Assembly (NCBI RefSeq): GCF_018977255.1
Contig: NW_024704743.1
Location: 95,420,001 to 95,484,000, forward strand
Direction: 5' to 3'
DNA length: 64,000 bases
From: Callorhinchus milii
Lineage: Eukaryota
In this document: piece by piece, positions 26,427 through 39,609 of the stretch
Numbering within the stretch: position 1 is the stretch's first letter
Layout of the letters: each line of letters starts with the position of its first letter
Position numbers and translations under genes: made by a program
Notes under the pieces: generated by a model
Told to the model about the DNA's origin: nothing
What the model saw: only the letters and a program-made list of their open reading frames with translations
The model's database searches: none

Positions 26427-26758
26427 ATAATAATAATCCTTGCACTCGATATAGCGCCTTATCAGGGCCTTGAGATGTCTCAAAGCACTTCACAGAATAT
26501 ATTGTGAAGTGGATTGACTGTGTATTTGTGACAGCCAATGCACTGTTTGTGTGTTGCAGTGTCCCACAAACGGTAGTGGAGGTTTTTATCCCAGGAAAGT
26601 GATCGCCAATCGACTAACAACTGGATTCCTACATACTGCTCGGTGAACAGAGACATGTGGAGTAAGGAAACTTGTTAAAGGTTTCATCTCACCCGAGAAT
26701 CGAACCCGGGTCCTCCCGCTTGCGGTGCGAACGCACTAACCATTTTGATACAGGACTC
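26427..26758 (-). mobile_element. Young tRNA-derived SINE (long variant)
   Basis: Reverse-complement homology to 25416-25785. Confidence 0.82.
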
Positions 26759-27059
26759 ACAACATCTGAAGAAAGGACAGAAGGATAACTGTAGAGCATG
26801 GCATTTAAGGCCAAAAGGTAACTCAAAAGGATCTTATTAAAAGTATGTTTATGGAAAATAAAACTAAGATCCCAGGTTTACAAACGTTCTGATCTTCCAA
26901 GCTGCTAATATAAACATAGAAGAATTATGTCATGGATTTTTCCATCTGTAAGGAAATGGATAGAAACAAACAAATGTGGTTCCTGTACTTGTGAAATGTG
27001 AAAGAACTGTGGCATCTAGTGACCTATTGGTTTGATCTCAATAATTGGAAAAGTACTGC

Positions 27060-27880
27060 CTCTGCCCTTGCCCACACCTCAGGCACTGATAGCAATAGCA
27101 TCACCATCCAAGGATGCACATTCCAACTTACTAAGCCGTTCGGAACCTTAGTATCTTGTTTAACCCTCAACTATCCTTCCTACCCCACATCCGTGCCATG
27201 TCCCGCTCTGCCTTCCCCCACCTCCGCAACATCACCCAGCTCCCGCCACTGTCTCACACCGCAGGCCGCCGAGACCCTCATACATTCATAACATCCAGGC
27301 TCGACTACGGAAACTCCCTGTTTGTCGGCTTCCTCAACTCCTCCCTTCATAGGCTGCAGATCATCCAGAACTCTGCAGCCCGTGTCCTCTCCCGCACCAG
27401 GCTCCGCGACCTTATCACTCGCATCCTCACCCAACTCCTCTGCCTTCCCATCACACAGAGGATACAGTTCAAGATCACGGTCCTCACCTTCAATACCCTC
27501 TATGGCCTTGCTTCCCCCTACTTCTGCAACCTTCTAAACCCCTACCAACCTGCCCACTCCCTCTGCTCAGCGGGCTCCGGCCTGCTTCACGTCCCCCACC
27601 CCACCATTGGCAGGCGGGCCTTCTACCACTCTGCCCCCACCCATCTGAAACTCCATCCTGCAGTCCCTCTGCCTCACCCCCTCACTTGCCTCCTTCATGA
27701 CCCATCTCAAGACCCTCCTCTTCAACCATGCTTTTAGACATCCTCCTTCCCCCCCATGCCCTCCAACTTCCCCGATCCCGAACCCCAGCTTGGGTCCGAA
27801 ACATTGATTGTCCAATCCTTGGGACGCCTTCCCAACGTGAAAGGTGCTACACAAATGTAATTTTTGTTGTTGTTGTTGAT
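27060..27880 (+). mobile_element. L2 LINE 3' part
   Basis: ORF 27156-27737 reads FITSRLDYGNSL...LQIIQNSAARVL...; (TTG)n tail. Confidence 0.9.
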
Positions 27881-27889
27881 GTCCGATAG

Positions 27890-28060
27890 TCAATTGTCAG
27901 AACAACAGTGATTCCTGGAGTTGAGGGTGGAGCAGAGACAGTTAGTTGGGTGCCATCCGCATACACTTGGAAGTGAATTCTTTGCCTGCAGATGGTATCA
28001 CCAAGTGGGATAATTTTGATGGTGAAACTGAGAGAATTGAAGATGGAGGAGGGATACATT
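27890..28060 (-). mobile_element. L2 RT fragment
   Basis: PLGDTICRQRIHFQVYADGTQL, a degenerate YADD motif. Confidence 0.65.
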
Positions 28061-29559
28061 ACCAGTAATCATTCTCAAAATTTCCCAATTATCCAATTTT
28101 GTATCATCAGCAAACTTGGATGCAACCTCTCTCTTTTAGCAAAGGCTTTCTGAAAGCTAATACATTCACAACATCCCTCACTGTCCTCACTGTTGCTCAG
28201 TTATTTCCTCAACAAATTAATTTCAATTAAGCATAATTTGCTCCTGATCTCTTTGCTTTTCTAATGCTTTTCTCACCACCAATATAAGACTAACAGCTAG
28301 AAAAGAGTTTACAGGTTTATCTAGTTCCCCTTTTTTTGTTGGCTTCACAATCACCATCCTCCAATCCCTTCAAATGCTTGCTGCTTCAAGGACTTCAGCA
28401 ACATTCAGTCAGTGCTCCCACCATTTGTCTTGACATGTTGTGACTAAAGAAAAAAATAGTACATCTTTACACAATGTTGTATTTTTCCACATGCTTTACT
28501 GAATTTGGAGCAGCAAAATTAGTGTAATATTTGAAAACAAAGCAACTTCAGGTCCTCCTGAAAACTTCAGGGACTGTAGTACTCTGTAATAAGAAATTAC
28601 AGCAATTAATAAGTTCAATGCCTGCTGGAGCTTTGCAGTGTGGCATGTTGTAATCATACAGTGTAGTGATCGAATCTGCTCCAGTTGTACAGTTTGCAAA
28701 ATATTTGATAAAAATTATACCCATTAATGTTAAACATCTGTTCAATAATACACTTCGGCAAAATTATAATGGAATTCTGTAGGCATTAGTGCTAAGAGGT
28801 CATCATTAAGCTGGTTAGTTAGAAGCTATTTGAGAGATCAGATTGGAAAACCTGCCTAGATTTTCAATGCAAACTACTTCCACATTTGTAATTCTCCTAC
28901 AGTTGTTTTTATCCTTCCATTTTCTGCCCTACTTCCATTTTGAACGTGTTTTTCACTCTTTTTTCCTTCTCCAGGGTTCATTTTTACAGACTAGTAGCCC
29001 GCAAGGAGGTGCCCACTAGTACCATGCCCAACTGGCGATTGTTCATACAGTGGGCATCCAGGCTTAGCCGATTCTGACCTCAGGTTGTTTATCCAGCAAG
29101 GGTCTCTTGATGGTGATAAGGAACTGGCTGATTTTCTCCTCCCAAACCTAGGGTTACTGAGGTCAATTAGAAAGCCCCAACTGCTGATTTCAGCTACCTC
29201 AGCAGAACTTGAACTTGCAGTCTTCCAACTATATGAGTTTAATTAGCAATGCTTTTTTTCATTAGTAAAAGCACCCACAGAGACCCAACGTCATGGAAGC
29301 CATGAATCATGCTCAGCTGACTTCATGTCCATGAGCATCTGAAATAACACAAGATGTGACTGCACCCTTTATTTCCCTCAATGCCAGTTGTGAGCTGACG
29401 GTCCTTCACTAAGACAGTCCCAGTTTAATACATGCCATGGAACCATAGAAGTTCCCAGAAGATGGTTATTTGTTCCTGTGCTCTTTAAAAGAACAATTCA
29501 TTCACTCCCATTTACATGCTTTCTCTCAATAAAAATTCCTTTTTAGATACCTATCTTCC

Positions 29560-30414
29560 TGATTGGCTCACGTCAGCGCCTCCGCACCTCAGGCGCCGAC
29601 ACCATCAGCATCCAAGGCTGCACTCTCCACCTCTCAAAGCCGGTCAGGAACCTCGGGGTTCTGTTCGACCCTGAGCTATCCTTTCTCCCTCACATCCGCA
29701 CCACAACTGGCACCGCCTTCCATCACCTCCGGAACATCGCCAGACTACGGCACTACCTCACCCCTCACGCTGCTGAAACACTGGTCCACGCCTTTATCAC
29801 CTCAAGGCTGGACTATGGGAACTCTCTCCTCACCGGCCTTCCCGCCACCTCCCTCCACAAGCTGCAGGTCATTCAGAACTCTGCAGCTCGTGTACTGTCC
29901 CGCACCAGGCTTCGGGAACACATCACTCCCACCCTCGCTCGCCTCCACTGGCTCCCCATCCCCCAGAGGATCGAATTCAAGATCCTCATCGTCACCTACA
30001 AGGCCATTCACGGCCTTGCTCCTCCTACCTCTCCAACCTACTATCCCCCTACCTACCTGCCCGTACCCTCCGTTCCTCCGGCTCCGGTCTGCTCCACGTC
30101 CCCCGCCCCAACCGCCCTACCATCGGTGGTTGGGCCTTCAGCCTCTCAGCCCCCAGACTCTGGAACTCTATCCCCCAGTGCCTTCGCCGCTTCCTCCCTT
30201 TCCTCCTTCAAGGCCGGTCTCAAGACCTTTCTCTTGGACCGTGCCTTCAGCTCCCCTCTCGACTCTCTTCCCCCTCCTCGCTCCCTCCCTTCCCTCCCCT
30301 CACCCTGACCATTTCCCCCCTGCTCGGGTCATGACCCAACTGTGCAGCGCCTTGGGACGTCCTCCTGACGTGAAAGGCGCTTTATAAATGGAATCTTGTT
30401 GTTGTTGTTGTTGT
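29560..30414 (+). mobile_element. Young L2 LINE, 5'-truncated
   Basis: CpG-rich, L2 ORF2 C-terminal codons, tail gcgccttgggacgtcctcctgacgtgaaaggcgct...(TTG)n; near-identical to 41555-42111. Confidence 0.92.
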
Positions 30415-30900
30415 AGTGCCCTCTTGAAAGCTAATATGGATTCTGACTCGATCACTGCTCCCAGATAGACATTCCACATTCTAAACAATTTTCTGCGTAA
30501 AAAAAAAACCTTCCTAAAATTACATTCAATGTGTAAGCTTTAAATTAACCTTAAATTAATGCTCTTGAGTCACTGGCCCGCCGACCAAAAAAAATAAGTT
30601 CTCCCTTTCAAATGAATCAAACGCCCTCACAATTTTAAAGATCTCTATCAGGTGCCCCTTAATTTTATCTGTTCCAATGAAAATAGGCTCAGTTCCTCCG
30701 GTCACTGCTCAAAGGTCAAATGACTCATCCTTGGTATCATCCTAGCAAATCTTCTCAACACCATGTCTATAGCTCTGACATCCTTCCTAAAGTAGGACTG
30801 GACACAGTACTCTAATTTACCAATTTTATACATTAAGCATTACTTCTTTGGGTTTATATTCAATGCCCCATATGACCATGACTTTCTTCAGTTTTGCACG
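30415..30900 (-). mobile_element. Decayed CR1 3' fragment
   Basis: Peptide FRMWNVYLGAVIESESILAFKRAL is a typical CR1 ORF2 end. Confidence 0.65.
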
Positions 30901-31770
30901 CATACCTTTCTGCCATTAATATCCTTGCTCTCCACATTCTTCCTACATTATTCCAAAATCTAGATCATTTATATTAATAGAGGAAAGCAGTGATCTGAAC
31001 ACATTTATTCAAGGCAGCTGTAACTAGCACCCAATTGGCCAGTTGCCACGGTTTTTTCTTGGAAGAGATTTTAAAGAGATCTGTTTCTTGGGGAAGTTGC
31101 CGTGATCCAGAAAGACTGTAAAATGAAATATTTTATAGTGTCTCAGAGAGGAGATATTGTATTCACTTTTGTCCCCAGTTTACAAGTAGCATTATCAAGA
31201 GCTGATATATTAAGTCTCCCTGATGGAAGAAACTCACTGACACATCCGCCAGATCTATCTCTATTCAGCTTCTGGTACAATCAGTGGGGATTATCAACCT
31301 TTCTGGTCTTGGCTGCTGTTCCTGGTACAACAGGGCTGTGAATGACTTGTTCTCTTCACAATGAACTTTACAAATTCACCAGGCACGGCCATCAAGGGCG
31401 CCAAGCTCCACTCAAGCTAACGACAATGATAATGGCTATGATAAGTACAGGGTAAATATAGAGAGACTAGCTCCCCTGATCAACAAGCCAGTAAATAAAT
31501 GGCATGGGGTATAAATTGAGGATTAACACCAGAAGAAAAATGTGAGGCTAAATACATTTCCCTTACACAGAGGGTTGTTAGACTACTGAATGCCTTACTA
31601 CTAACGTCTGCTGAAGCTAAGTTAAATTTATCATGTTTACAACAACCTGCATTTATATATTGCCCTTCACACAGGATACCATCTCGAAATTGGATAAATG
31701 CTGATGAAAAATAAAATTAAAGGCTGTAGAGAAAGATTAGCAGAAAATAATTAAAGTAGATTGCTCCAGT

Positions 31771-32152
31771 GGAGTCCTGTAACATGGTGGTCAGAGCACT
31801 CCTCTAATAAGCAAGAGGACCCATGTTCAATTCCCAGGCAGGGCAAAACCTTAGGCAAGTTGTTTTACTCCACATGCCTCGGTTTACCTAGCAGTAAGTA
31901 GAAACCCGGGTTGTTATTCAATTCGCAGATCACTTTTCCGGTGGTAATAATCCCTTCAAAAATAAATAAACAATTTGGTTATTCAATCCACGACTGTTTG
32001 TGGGACACTGCTGTACGCAATCGCCTGCCACGCTTTCACTCATAAAATACACAGTTAATTCACTTTACAGTATATTCTGTGAAGCACTTTGAGACATCTC
32101 AAAAGAACATGGTAAAGCGCTATATGAAATGCAAGGATTATTATTATATTAT
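31771..32152 (+). mobile_element. Young tRNA-derived SINE (long variant)
   Basis: ggagtcctgt head, extra module, core and tail, as in the other copies. Confidence 0.85.
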
Positions 32153-32519
32153 AGAGAGAGATAACACGATTACAGTCACAATGGACCAAATGGCCTCCTT
32201 CTGCGCTGTAAGTTTTCTAAAGGGGACAAAATTGCAGTATTTCTAAATATATCCCTTACTTACAGAATGTCTTTAAAATATATTTTGAAATACCCCCTGA
32301 CTTCTGAATAAAGAATCATGAATAAAGCTGTCTAGAATATGTTGGAATCAGAACCACTATCTTGGATTGCTGCTGGGATGCTAGAACACTCCCAGATGCA
32401 ACATATGTTATACCTGCAAAGACCTTAGAAATCCAGCCAGCGCAACCACCTTTGAAGGGTGTGTCTGCCAGAAATCAAGCTCTGGATCTTCAGATTGTGG
32501 CCATTCAAGAAATTTGTAG

Positions 32520-32867
32520 CGTATGCCGTAGCGTAGTGGTTAGCGCAATCGCTTCGCAAGCAAGAGGACACGGGTTCGATTCCCAGGTAAGTTTTCTTAC
32601 TCTAGATACTACTATTTACCTCGCAGTAAGTAAGAACCGAGTTGTTAGTTGATTGGCAAATCGCTTTCCGGGCGTATTAATCCCTCAAAAAAAATGCAGT
32701 CACTCAATCCACGACTGTCTGTGGGTCATTGCAGTGAGCACCTGGATGCCACATTCGCCCGCAAAATCAACAGTCACTTCACTTTACAATATATTCCGTG
32801 AAGCGCTTTGAGACATCTCAACAACATGATAAGGGATTTATCAAATGCAAGGATTATTATTATTATA
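32520..32867 (+). mobile_element. tRNA-derived SINE (long variant)
   Basis: tagcgtagtggttagcgca box A, ggttcgattcc box B, (TTA)n tail. Confidence 0.85.
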
Positions 32868-35329
32868 AATCAACAGTTGCTTGAAGCAACTCCTGAGGTC
32901 CACTCACAATGTCAAAAACAGGAACTCCAATCCAATCTTCCTATCTTTTATTCAGAAGTGGGCCAAACTAATTCAAAACGTTTGAACAATACTCTTTAAA
33001 TAAGAATTTGATTGAAAAATATCATAATTTTGACCCTGATGATTCTTCAGTTCTATCATCATTCTCCCACAAAACACATTTTACAGTATATCCTGCCTGT
33101 GAAGCACTTTGGTACGTCCTCCTCACGTGAAAAGCGTTATACTAAATGTAAGCATTATTATTATGTAAACCAAGTGACAGACTCGGCAAGGCTTGTTGTT
33201 GAGGAAGTTGTTTTTGAACGATTTAAATATATTAGCATTTTTTTTCCAGTCTTTCTGGGGAGATAACTTTATTTTGGAACATACTTCTCCACTGATAAAG
33301 GAATCTCTACCTTTAAATAAAAAATAAAGTAAGTCGCATATATTTTAAATGAATGTGTTGCCCACTAATGTTTTCCAGCACTAGTTGCACAAGATTCATC
33401 AGCCATTACGTTAGGATTTTGTTCCATTAGATGGGATCTTCATTTGCCTGACTGGATGCTTTAAATTTCTTGACGACTGCCAGTTCCTTGCACTCTCAAA
33501 GCAACTGTGTCCTGTGCTTTCTACAATCCAACAGGCTGCTCGAGGAGGAGGAAGGACTTTTTAAGTGACATCAAGTTAAAAATGTATGATACTTCATATA
33601 AATCTTTAGCTAGTTGGTTCCGAAAAGGTTCTCCTCTTCCTAGTACATTAACAAGTCGCAGAGTTTGTAAAACACATCTTATTTTAATGGTTGCTCCAAG
33701 CACTGACTGGAGCTGTTGTTATATGCAATAGGTTGCATTAAACACGCATGAGATTTAATGTAACCAGACATCTACACACAAGGCTGAATGTGCATTAAGC
33801 TAAAGTAAAGGAATCAGGGCATGACAATAAGTTGCAGGCAGCAAGAATTAGAGGAAAGTGGGCCTCAGCGCACATCAGCATCTATTCACTCAGCTCATTT
33901 CTGCACATTACACCCTAAGGGTGATGGGTCACGAACGCTCAGTCTGAGAGAGTTCTTGAGAAATTCCTCGTTGCTAACTGCCCTCAAAAAGTTATACTCA
34001 AATCAACAAAGGACATCCAGTCCTCAGCGGATTAAATGGGATCAGGTCCTGCAAAACGTGGTCCTGGTCAAGTAAAAACAGACATCAGGCAAGTTCAAGC
34101 AGGGCTTAGTGATTGCCTCAAATGTTTTTTTAGCTACTAAAGCTGTTCAGCCTTTAAAGCTTTGCAACATGGGTTTCAGCATTTCAAAACTTGCATGTCT
34201 CATGGAAACCAAATGCCATTTAACGTAGCATTGACCGGGATGCATCTTAAAGGGGAAGTACATTCTACAAAATTGCTTTTGTAAACCTTAAATGTTATAA
34301 AAGAGCGAGATTCATGTGAATCCTCGGTTTCTGGTTGCACTTCAATAGCACAGTGAGCAGTATTCCCCACTCTTGACATTACCAGCGAAGAAATTCCATG
34401 AGTAATGTCTGCCTCTGGGCTCCTTTTGACTAGTGGCTCTAATACACAAAACATGTTATCCAGGGGTAGCTGTAAAATACCAGCAAGTGTTACACATAGC
34501 TCTCTTTGCTGTCTTGAGAATAATAAGACAGTTAACTAATCTTTAAGAAAAATAGGAGCTTTTTCAAAAACAGATTATAAAGTGGAAGTTTAGCACGTGC
34601 CGATGATACAGAGAATGATCTCATACAAAGGAAGCAGTTAACCATTCACACCACTAAATGTTTGCTTGCTAAACATTACTTTATTTGTCCTTTGATGCAA
34701 GTCAGTGTTTTTGATGCTTTGCTTTCCTTAAGGGATAACGTCAGATTTTACATCACATCCTGACAAAACAAACCTGCATACAATTCCTAACCATCTGGGT
34801 CAGTCAGTCTTGGGTTATCAGGATTAGGGTAGGTAGTAGTTTATAGCCAGCTTCTGTTAGGGGCTACGTGATGTTGTTTAGGGGCTGTGGAATGTACATT
34901 GAAATGTCAAGTTCCATATGATAAGTAATCATAACTAGACCATTCAAAACACAGACAGAAAACAACCCCAACGTCCTACATCTAAAATAACTAGCAACTC
35001 CTTTAACTCGTAGTCACTCTTAAGAAAAGCTAATGTGAGAAGGTATGTAAGTGTAACTGTGCACACCCAATGAGTGAGTGGCTCATGGTTAGGTATCAAG
35101 GCGTGAGCGAGTGAAAGATTTGCACAGTTTTTGTCTCCAGTACTCGGATCAAGCACTCCGAGCCCAGCCAGAGCACAACCAGATGTACAGTAAATCTCCC
35201 TCTAATCTCCTGCATTTTAACCACAAACAGTAGAACTCACCCCCTGCTGTGCCAGGAAAAATTTCCACCCCCATGAGTGGAATGGCCAATGTAGTGCCAG
35301 ATATCAAACATTGTAGTTTGTGCTGTCTC

Positions 35330-35549
35330 TTCAACTGTGCCTTCAGCTCCCCTCTTGACTCTCTACCCACTCCTCGCTCCCTCCCTTCCCTTCTCGCTCC
35401 CTCCCTTCCCTCCCCTCCTCGCTCCCTCCCTCCCCTCACCCTGACCATGTCCCCCCTCTGCTCGGGTCCCGACCCAACTGTCCAGCGCCTTGGGACGTCC
35501 TCCCGACGTGAAAGGCGCTCTATAAATGCAATCTTGTTGTTGTTGTTGT
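35330..35549 (+). mobile_element. Young L2 3' end
   Basis: Same pyrimidine-rich 3' UTR and tail as 29560-30414. Confidence 0.88.
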
Positions 35550-36009
35550 AGAAACCGAATATATTTTTCAGAATTGAACTGGAAGTAGCCAAACTGATTG
35601 CAGTTAAATCCTTTACTGTCATCAGAGAGATCTTCAACCCATCTACCTAAGGCTGGATTTACAACAGGTTGGAAGATCAATGTTACAAATATATTCGCCA
35701 CACACACATATTTCAAAGTCATTTTGAACAAAAAGATTTAGCATCTGCTTTCGTGTCTTGTGTGGGCGTGCAGGCAGGAAGACTTTCTCCTCCCCCAATC
35801 TCCAACTGCTGAGAAACCTCACCTCCGTGCCACTTGTGTGACAGTTTTGGCCTATCTCCTGCAAACAGCACTACGCCTTTTCTTGATGTGCAAGCTCTTT
35901 CCTTCACTCTCTGCCCTCTCCAAAAGAAAAGCTCTTTCATGCTCAACAATGGTGGAAAAATAAATCTTCTTCTTACACTTACCTTGTAACTGTTTGGATG
36001 TTCCACTGT

Positions 36010-36250
36010 TCCACTCTCTGGAACTCCATCCCGGAGTCCCTTCACCTCGTCCCCTTACCTTGCCTCCTCCAACATCCATCTTAAGACTTTCCTCTTTGAC
36101 CGCGTCTTCGGTCATCTTCCTCCCCAACCATTGCCCCCCACCCCTCCTGGATCCAACTCCCAGCTCAGGTACAAATCCTCGACTGTTCAACACCTTGGAA
36201 CATCCTCCCAACATGAAAGACTATATATAAATGCAATTTGTTGTTGTTGT
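36010..36250 (+). mobile_element. L2 3' end, older
   Basis: ctctggaactccatccc...caccttggaacatcctcccaacatgaaag...(TTG)n. Confidence 0.8.
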
Positions 36251-37244
36251 AAATATTCAAAACACTAACCTAAGTGACTTTGGAATTCAAACACCCTTGG
36301 GGCCCTGGGGGTGACACCGTGCCTATTCCACCATCTCAGTGGCTGGCCCCCACCCCACCCACTGAATCTCCCCCTCTCATATTGTACTTGGTAATCAATC
36401 ATACCTTGATTGAAGGTTTGCCTAACTCTTCCATTTAAGGAACGTAAATTATCCACTACTCAGGTTGTTTTTCTATATATATTTGTTCATAATGTATTTG
36501 CAGACTACCAATAATAAAAAAACAGAATAATCCTTACATTTGGTGTACATTTAAAGATCTCATGGCACTATCCGAAAAATTCATGCCTCAACGCAGATCA
36601 CGAGGTATACTGTACATATTCTGCAATGATGGAATACTTTGTAGGCGAACACTTAGATATTGGAAGAACACTAAGGGAACTTTCAGACAGAAAGCACTTC
36701 TTTTCTCTCTTGGCTCCTTTCAAACAAAGAATGAGCTGAATGAGAGGAATGAATGGATGTCTGAGACCCTTCAACCTAATAACTCAAAGGTCTTTTGCTC
36801 AGACACCATTGTCCTCCTTGCACACTCTTTGCTTAATAGAAGTATTATTTTGTTTGCCAGTGTTTGTGTCGGGGGGGGGGGGGGGGGAGGGAGAGCAGTG
36901 TAATTCCCATTAAGCCCCTCTGACTGCACTAATATATGAGAACACAGTGAATACTCACATCAGCAGGCTACCACTCTACATAAATCAACTAAACGCTCAA
37001 ATATTAGCTCAGCCTAAGAGCATTAAATATCACATTCTTTTATTTGAAAGTGCTAGAGTTTCCCTTACACTCACACAGTGTGAGCAGCACACCAGCAGAT
37101 GCATGGATTATAGGAGTTTAACTTACAACGATTCCTAAAAATCCTGACGTGAAAGGCACTCTACAAATGTAATTATTTTGCTAAAGGTTTACAATGGGAA
37201 ATCCCTCTGTGAAGATGTAACAAAATGATCGGTTTTAGAAATTG

Positions 37245-37490
37245 CAACTGAATTTTTATAGCACTTGATCAAATCAAAACATTTGAAAGCACTGCACAAT
37301 ATGTTTGTAGTAATTGTGATAGCAATTTGTGTCAGTGAGATCGTACACACAGCAATAGAGTGAATGACCAATTTTATCTGGGGTAATGTTGGCCAGACGC
37401 TGGGAGAAACTCCCTTCTCTTTTCGAATAGTGCCATGAGATCTTCAACATCCACCTGAACACGCAGATGGGACCTCGGTTTAATGCCTTA
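37245..37490 (-). mobile_element. Older Deu-SINE fragment
   Basis: cttttcgaatagtgccatgagatcttcaacatccacctgaac...gggacctcggtttaa. Confidence 0.72.
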
Positions 37491-38462
37491 TGTGATCATT
37501 ATTTATAGCAATCAACCTAAAATAGTTCCAGTACCACAGAATTCTACAATCTGAAATCAAAACATTTCACTAACAAAGCATCAGAACCAAAGGGCACATC
37601 TCTGAAGCACTTATTCTCTTGAGGGATATGCACAGCAGTTCTGCTAAAGTAATAGTTTAATTTGTATTAATGAACTTCTATATACTTTTACTGAGGAACA
37701 CTAGTAGGTGAGGGATCAGAGCAGGGCTCTCTGCATTTCCTTTCATCTTGTGGTCTGTTTAGATTGTGCTTTGGAAGGAGGTAGTTCTGTAATGGTGCCA
37801 TTTATATTGAAGATGGTGGAGGGATATCTCAAAGACGTGATAAGACGTTATGTCAAATTCAAGGATTATTATTATATATTATTAATATCTGAGGACAATA
37901 CAGAGAGGCCAACAAGTTCCGAAACTCTCTACTGGTCCAACAACAGCCAAAATTATAGCCACACAGCCCTGTGCCTCTGAAGACCCCAGTCTCCCCACCC
38001 GTCTCTCAGAATACCCCACCTCTTCGGGGGAGCAGGCATGGCATCCAGGCCAGTGGCTCTGCTTTGGGGGACATTGCCAGTAAGTGGCACCAGAGACAAG
38101 CTGGCAATACCAGCGTTTGCTGCAAACATTCGATCCAAGAAGTTCTCCTCCCAACAAACCTCCACTGAGGGACGACACACAAACGGTGAAGCACTTTTGA
38201 ATCGCAAACGAGTTGAACACGAGAGGTTATCGGTTTCCGAGAAACACGTTTGTCGGATTCGGTCACAGCCAGAACAGACACAGCTTATTTCTTAACGGCT
38301 CTTAATGGCGGTCCAGAAATCAGACCCAGCAGACGGGAGACTGGAATTGTGCAAACCTACATCTATGAAATTACGCATCCTCAATACCAAGTGTCAGCTG
38401 GCACGCGAAACAGGGCCAGAAAAACTTTGAAAAGCTCCCTCTGTATAACTGTACACGTTTGT

Positions 38463-38791
38463 GGAGTCCTGTAGCTCAGTGGTTAGAGCACTCGCTTTGC
38501 AAGTGAGAGACCTGAGTTCAATTCCAGGCAGGGCGAAACCTTGGGCAAGTTTCCTTACTCCACACAGAGCCTAATAATAATCCCTCCAAAACCAAAAACA
38601 ATAATAAATTGGTCATTTTCAATCTACGACTGTTTGTGGGACATTGCTGTGCGCAATTGACTGCCGCGTTCGCCCACAAATACACAGTCAATTCACTTTA
38701 CAGTGTGTTCTGTGAAGCGCTTTGGGACGTCCTCCCGACGTGAAAAGCGCTATACCAAATGCAAGGATTATTATTATTATTATTATTATTA
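38463..38791 (+). mobile_element. Young tRNA-derived SINE (short variant)
   Basis: Intact box A and box B head; tail ttgggacgtcctcccgacgtgaaaagcgct followed by a long (TTA)n. Confidence 0.9.
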
Positions 38792-39155
38792 AGACTACTC
38801 GCCACACGCCGCTGTAACCGGTTAAGTGCGTTCCCTGATCAGATCTGGATACTTGGAAGAAACCGGTCACTTTTATACCAGCCCCGGACAGTGACTAACC
38901 ACTCGTGTCGCACACGCCTATCGATCCATCTGTCAAATGGAATAACTTCTTTTTACGCCGGAACAAAGAACAGCAAAAAGAGGAAGAAGCAGCAGCTCGA
39001 GCGCAGGACAACCTTTGGGCTTCACCAGCAAACAACTTTTCCTGCCTCCCTCCCCCCCCACCACCACTCTCAAACCCCTGATGGCAAGAGGCAACCAGTT
39101 GGAAGGGAAGCGCTGAGGGGCGAATGGAATCGCGAGCTGCCGGGCAGACAGTTAC

Positions 39156-39270
39156 CTGACACTGTGCAGATGCTCAGGGTTTGAACCCCCCCATGAGAGC
39201 TAACGGCCTCCGGGAGGCAGCGACTGCGAACATCCGAGCCGGTCAGCCCGCGGCGCTGTGAGAGCCCGGG
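39156..39270 (-). other. NCALD: Candidate non-coding first exon of NCALD (5' boundary uncertain)
   Basis: Minus-strand donor CAG|GTAACT at 39156/39155, downstream of the CRE/E-box. The ATG exon has an acceptor at 19477 and so needs an upstream exon. Confidence 0.55.
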
Positions 39271-39416
39271 GGGGGGGGAGGGCTGCACAGAGGAAGCAGC
39301 CACCCCCCTGCCTTCTGCTGACGTCAAAGCCGCTGTCACGTGGGGAAGGCCGGATGAAAGCGGGAACGAGCGTTGCCGGGGCAACCGGTGCTCTGAACCG
39401 CAAGGATTCCGGCGGG

Positions 39417-39609
39417 TCATCACCGCCATCATCATCACCGTCACCACCATCATCATCATCGTCATCACTGTCACACTGGGGCCCTGGTGTTGTCCAGACT
39501 CGCGCACGCGCACACACCCCCCCCGCTCACTGTCTGTCTCTCTCTGCTCGGTCCCGTCCAGCGCTGGGCCTCGGTCTCTGTCTGTGTCTGTGTGTGTGTG
39601 TGTGTGTGT
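39417..39609. repeat. Imperfect (CAT/CAC)n trinucleotide tract and (TG)n microsatellite
   Basis: tcatcaccgccatcatcatcacc at about 39417-39470; (TG)n at about 39580-39609. Confidence 0.85.

Noticed and set aside
29563..30387. 274-aa Ser/Pro-rich ORF
   Set aside because: Alternative reading frame of the C-rich L2 sequence.
37890..37930. CTGAGGA...GAAAC as a second hammerhead
   Set aside because: No plausible helix I or helix II pairing.
38463..38535. tRNA-like sequences with box A and box B (also near 9470, 25420, 32520, 47300)
   Set aside because: They continue into SINE bodies and are diverged; these are SINE heads, not tRNA genes.
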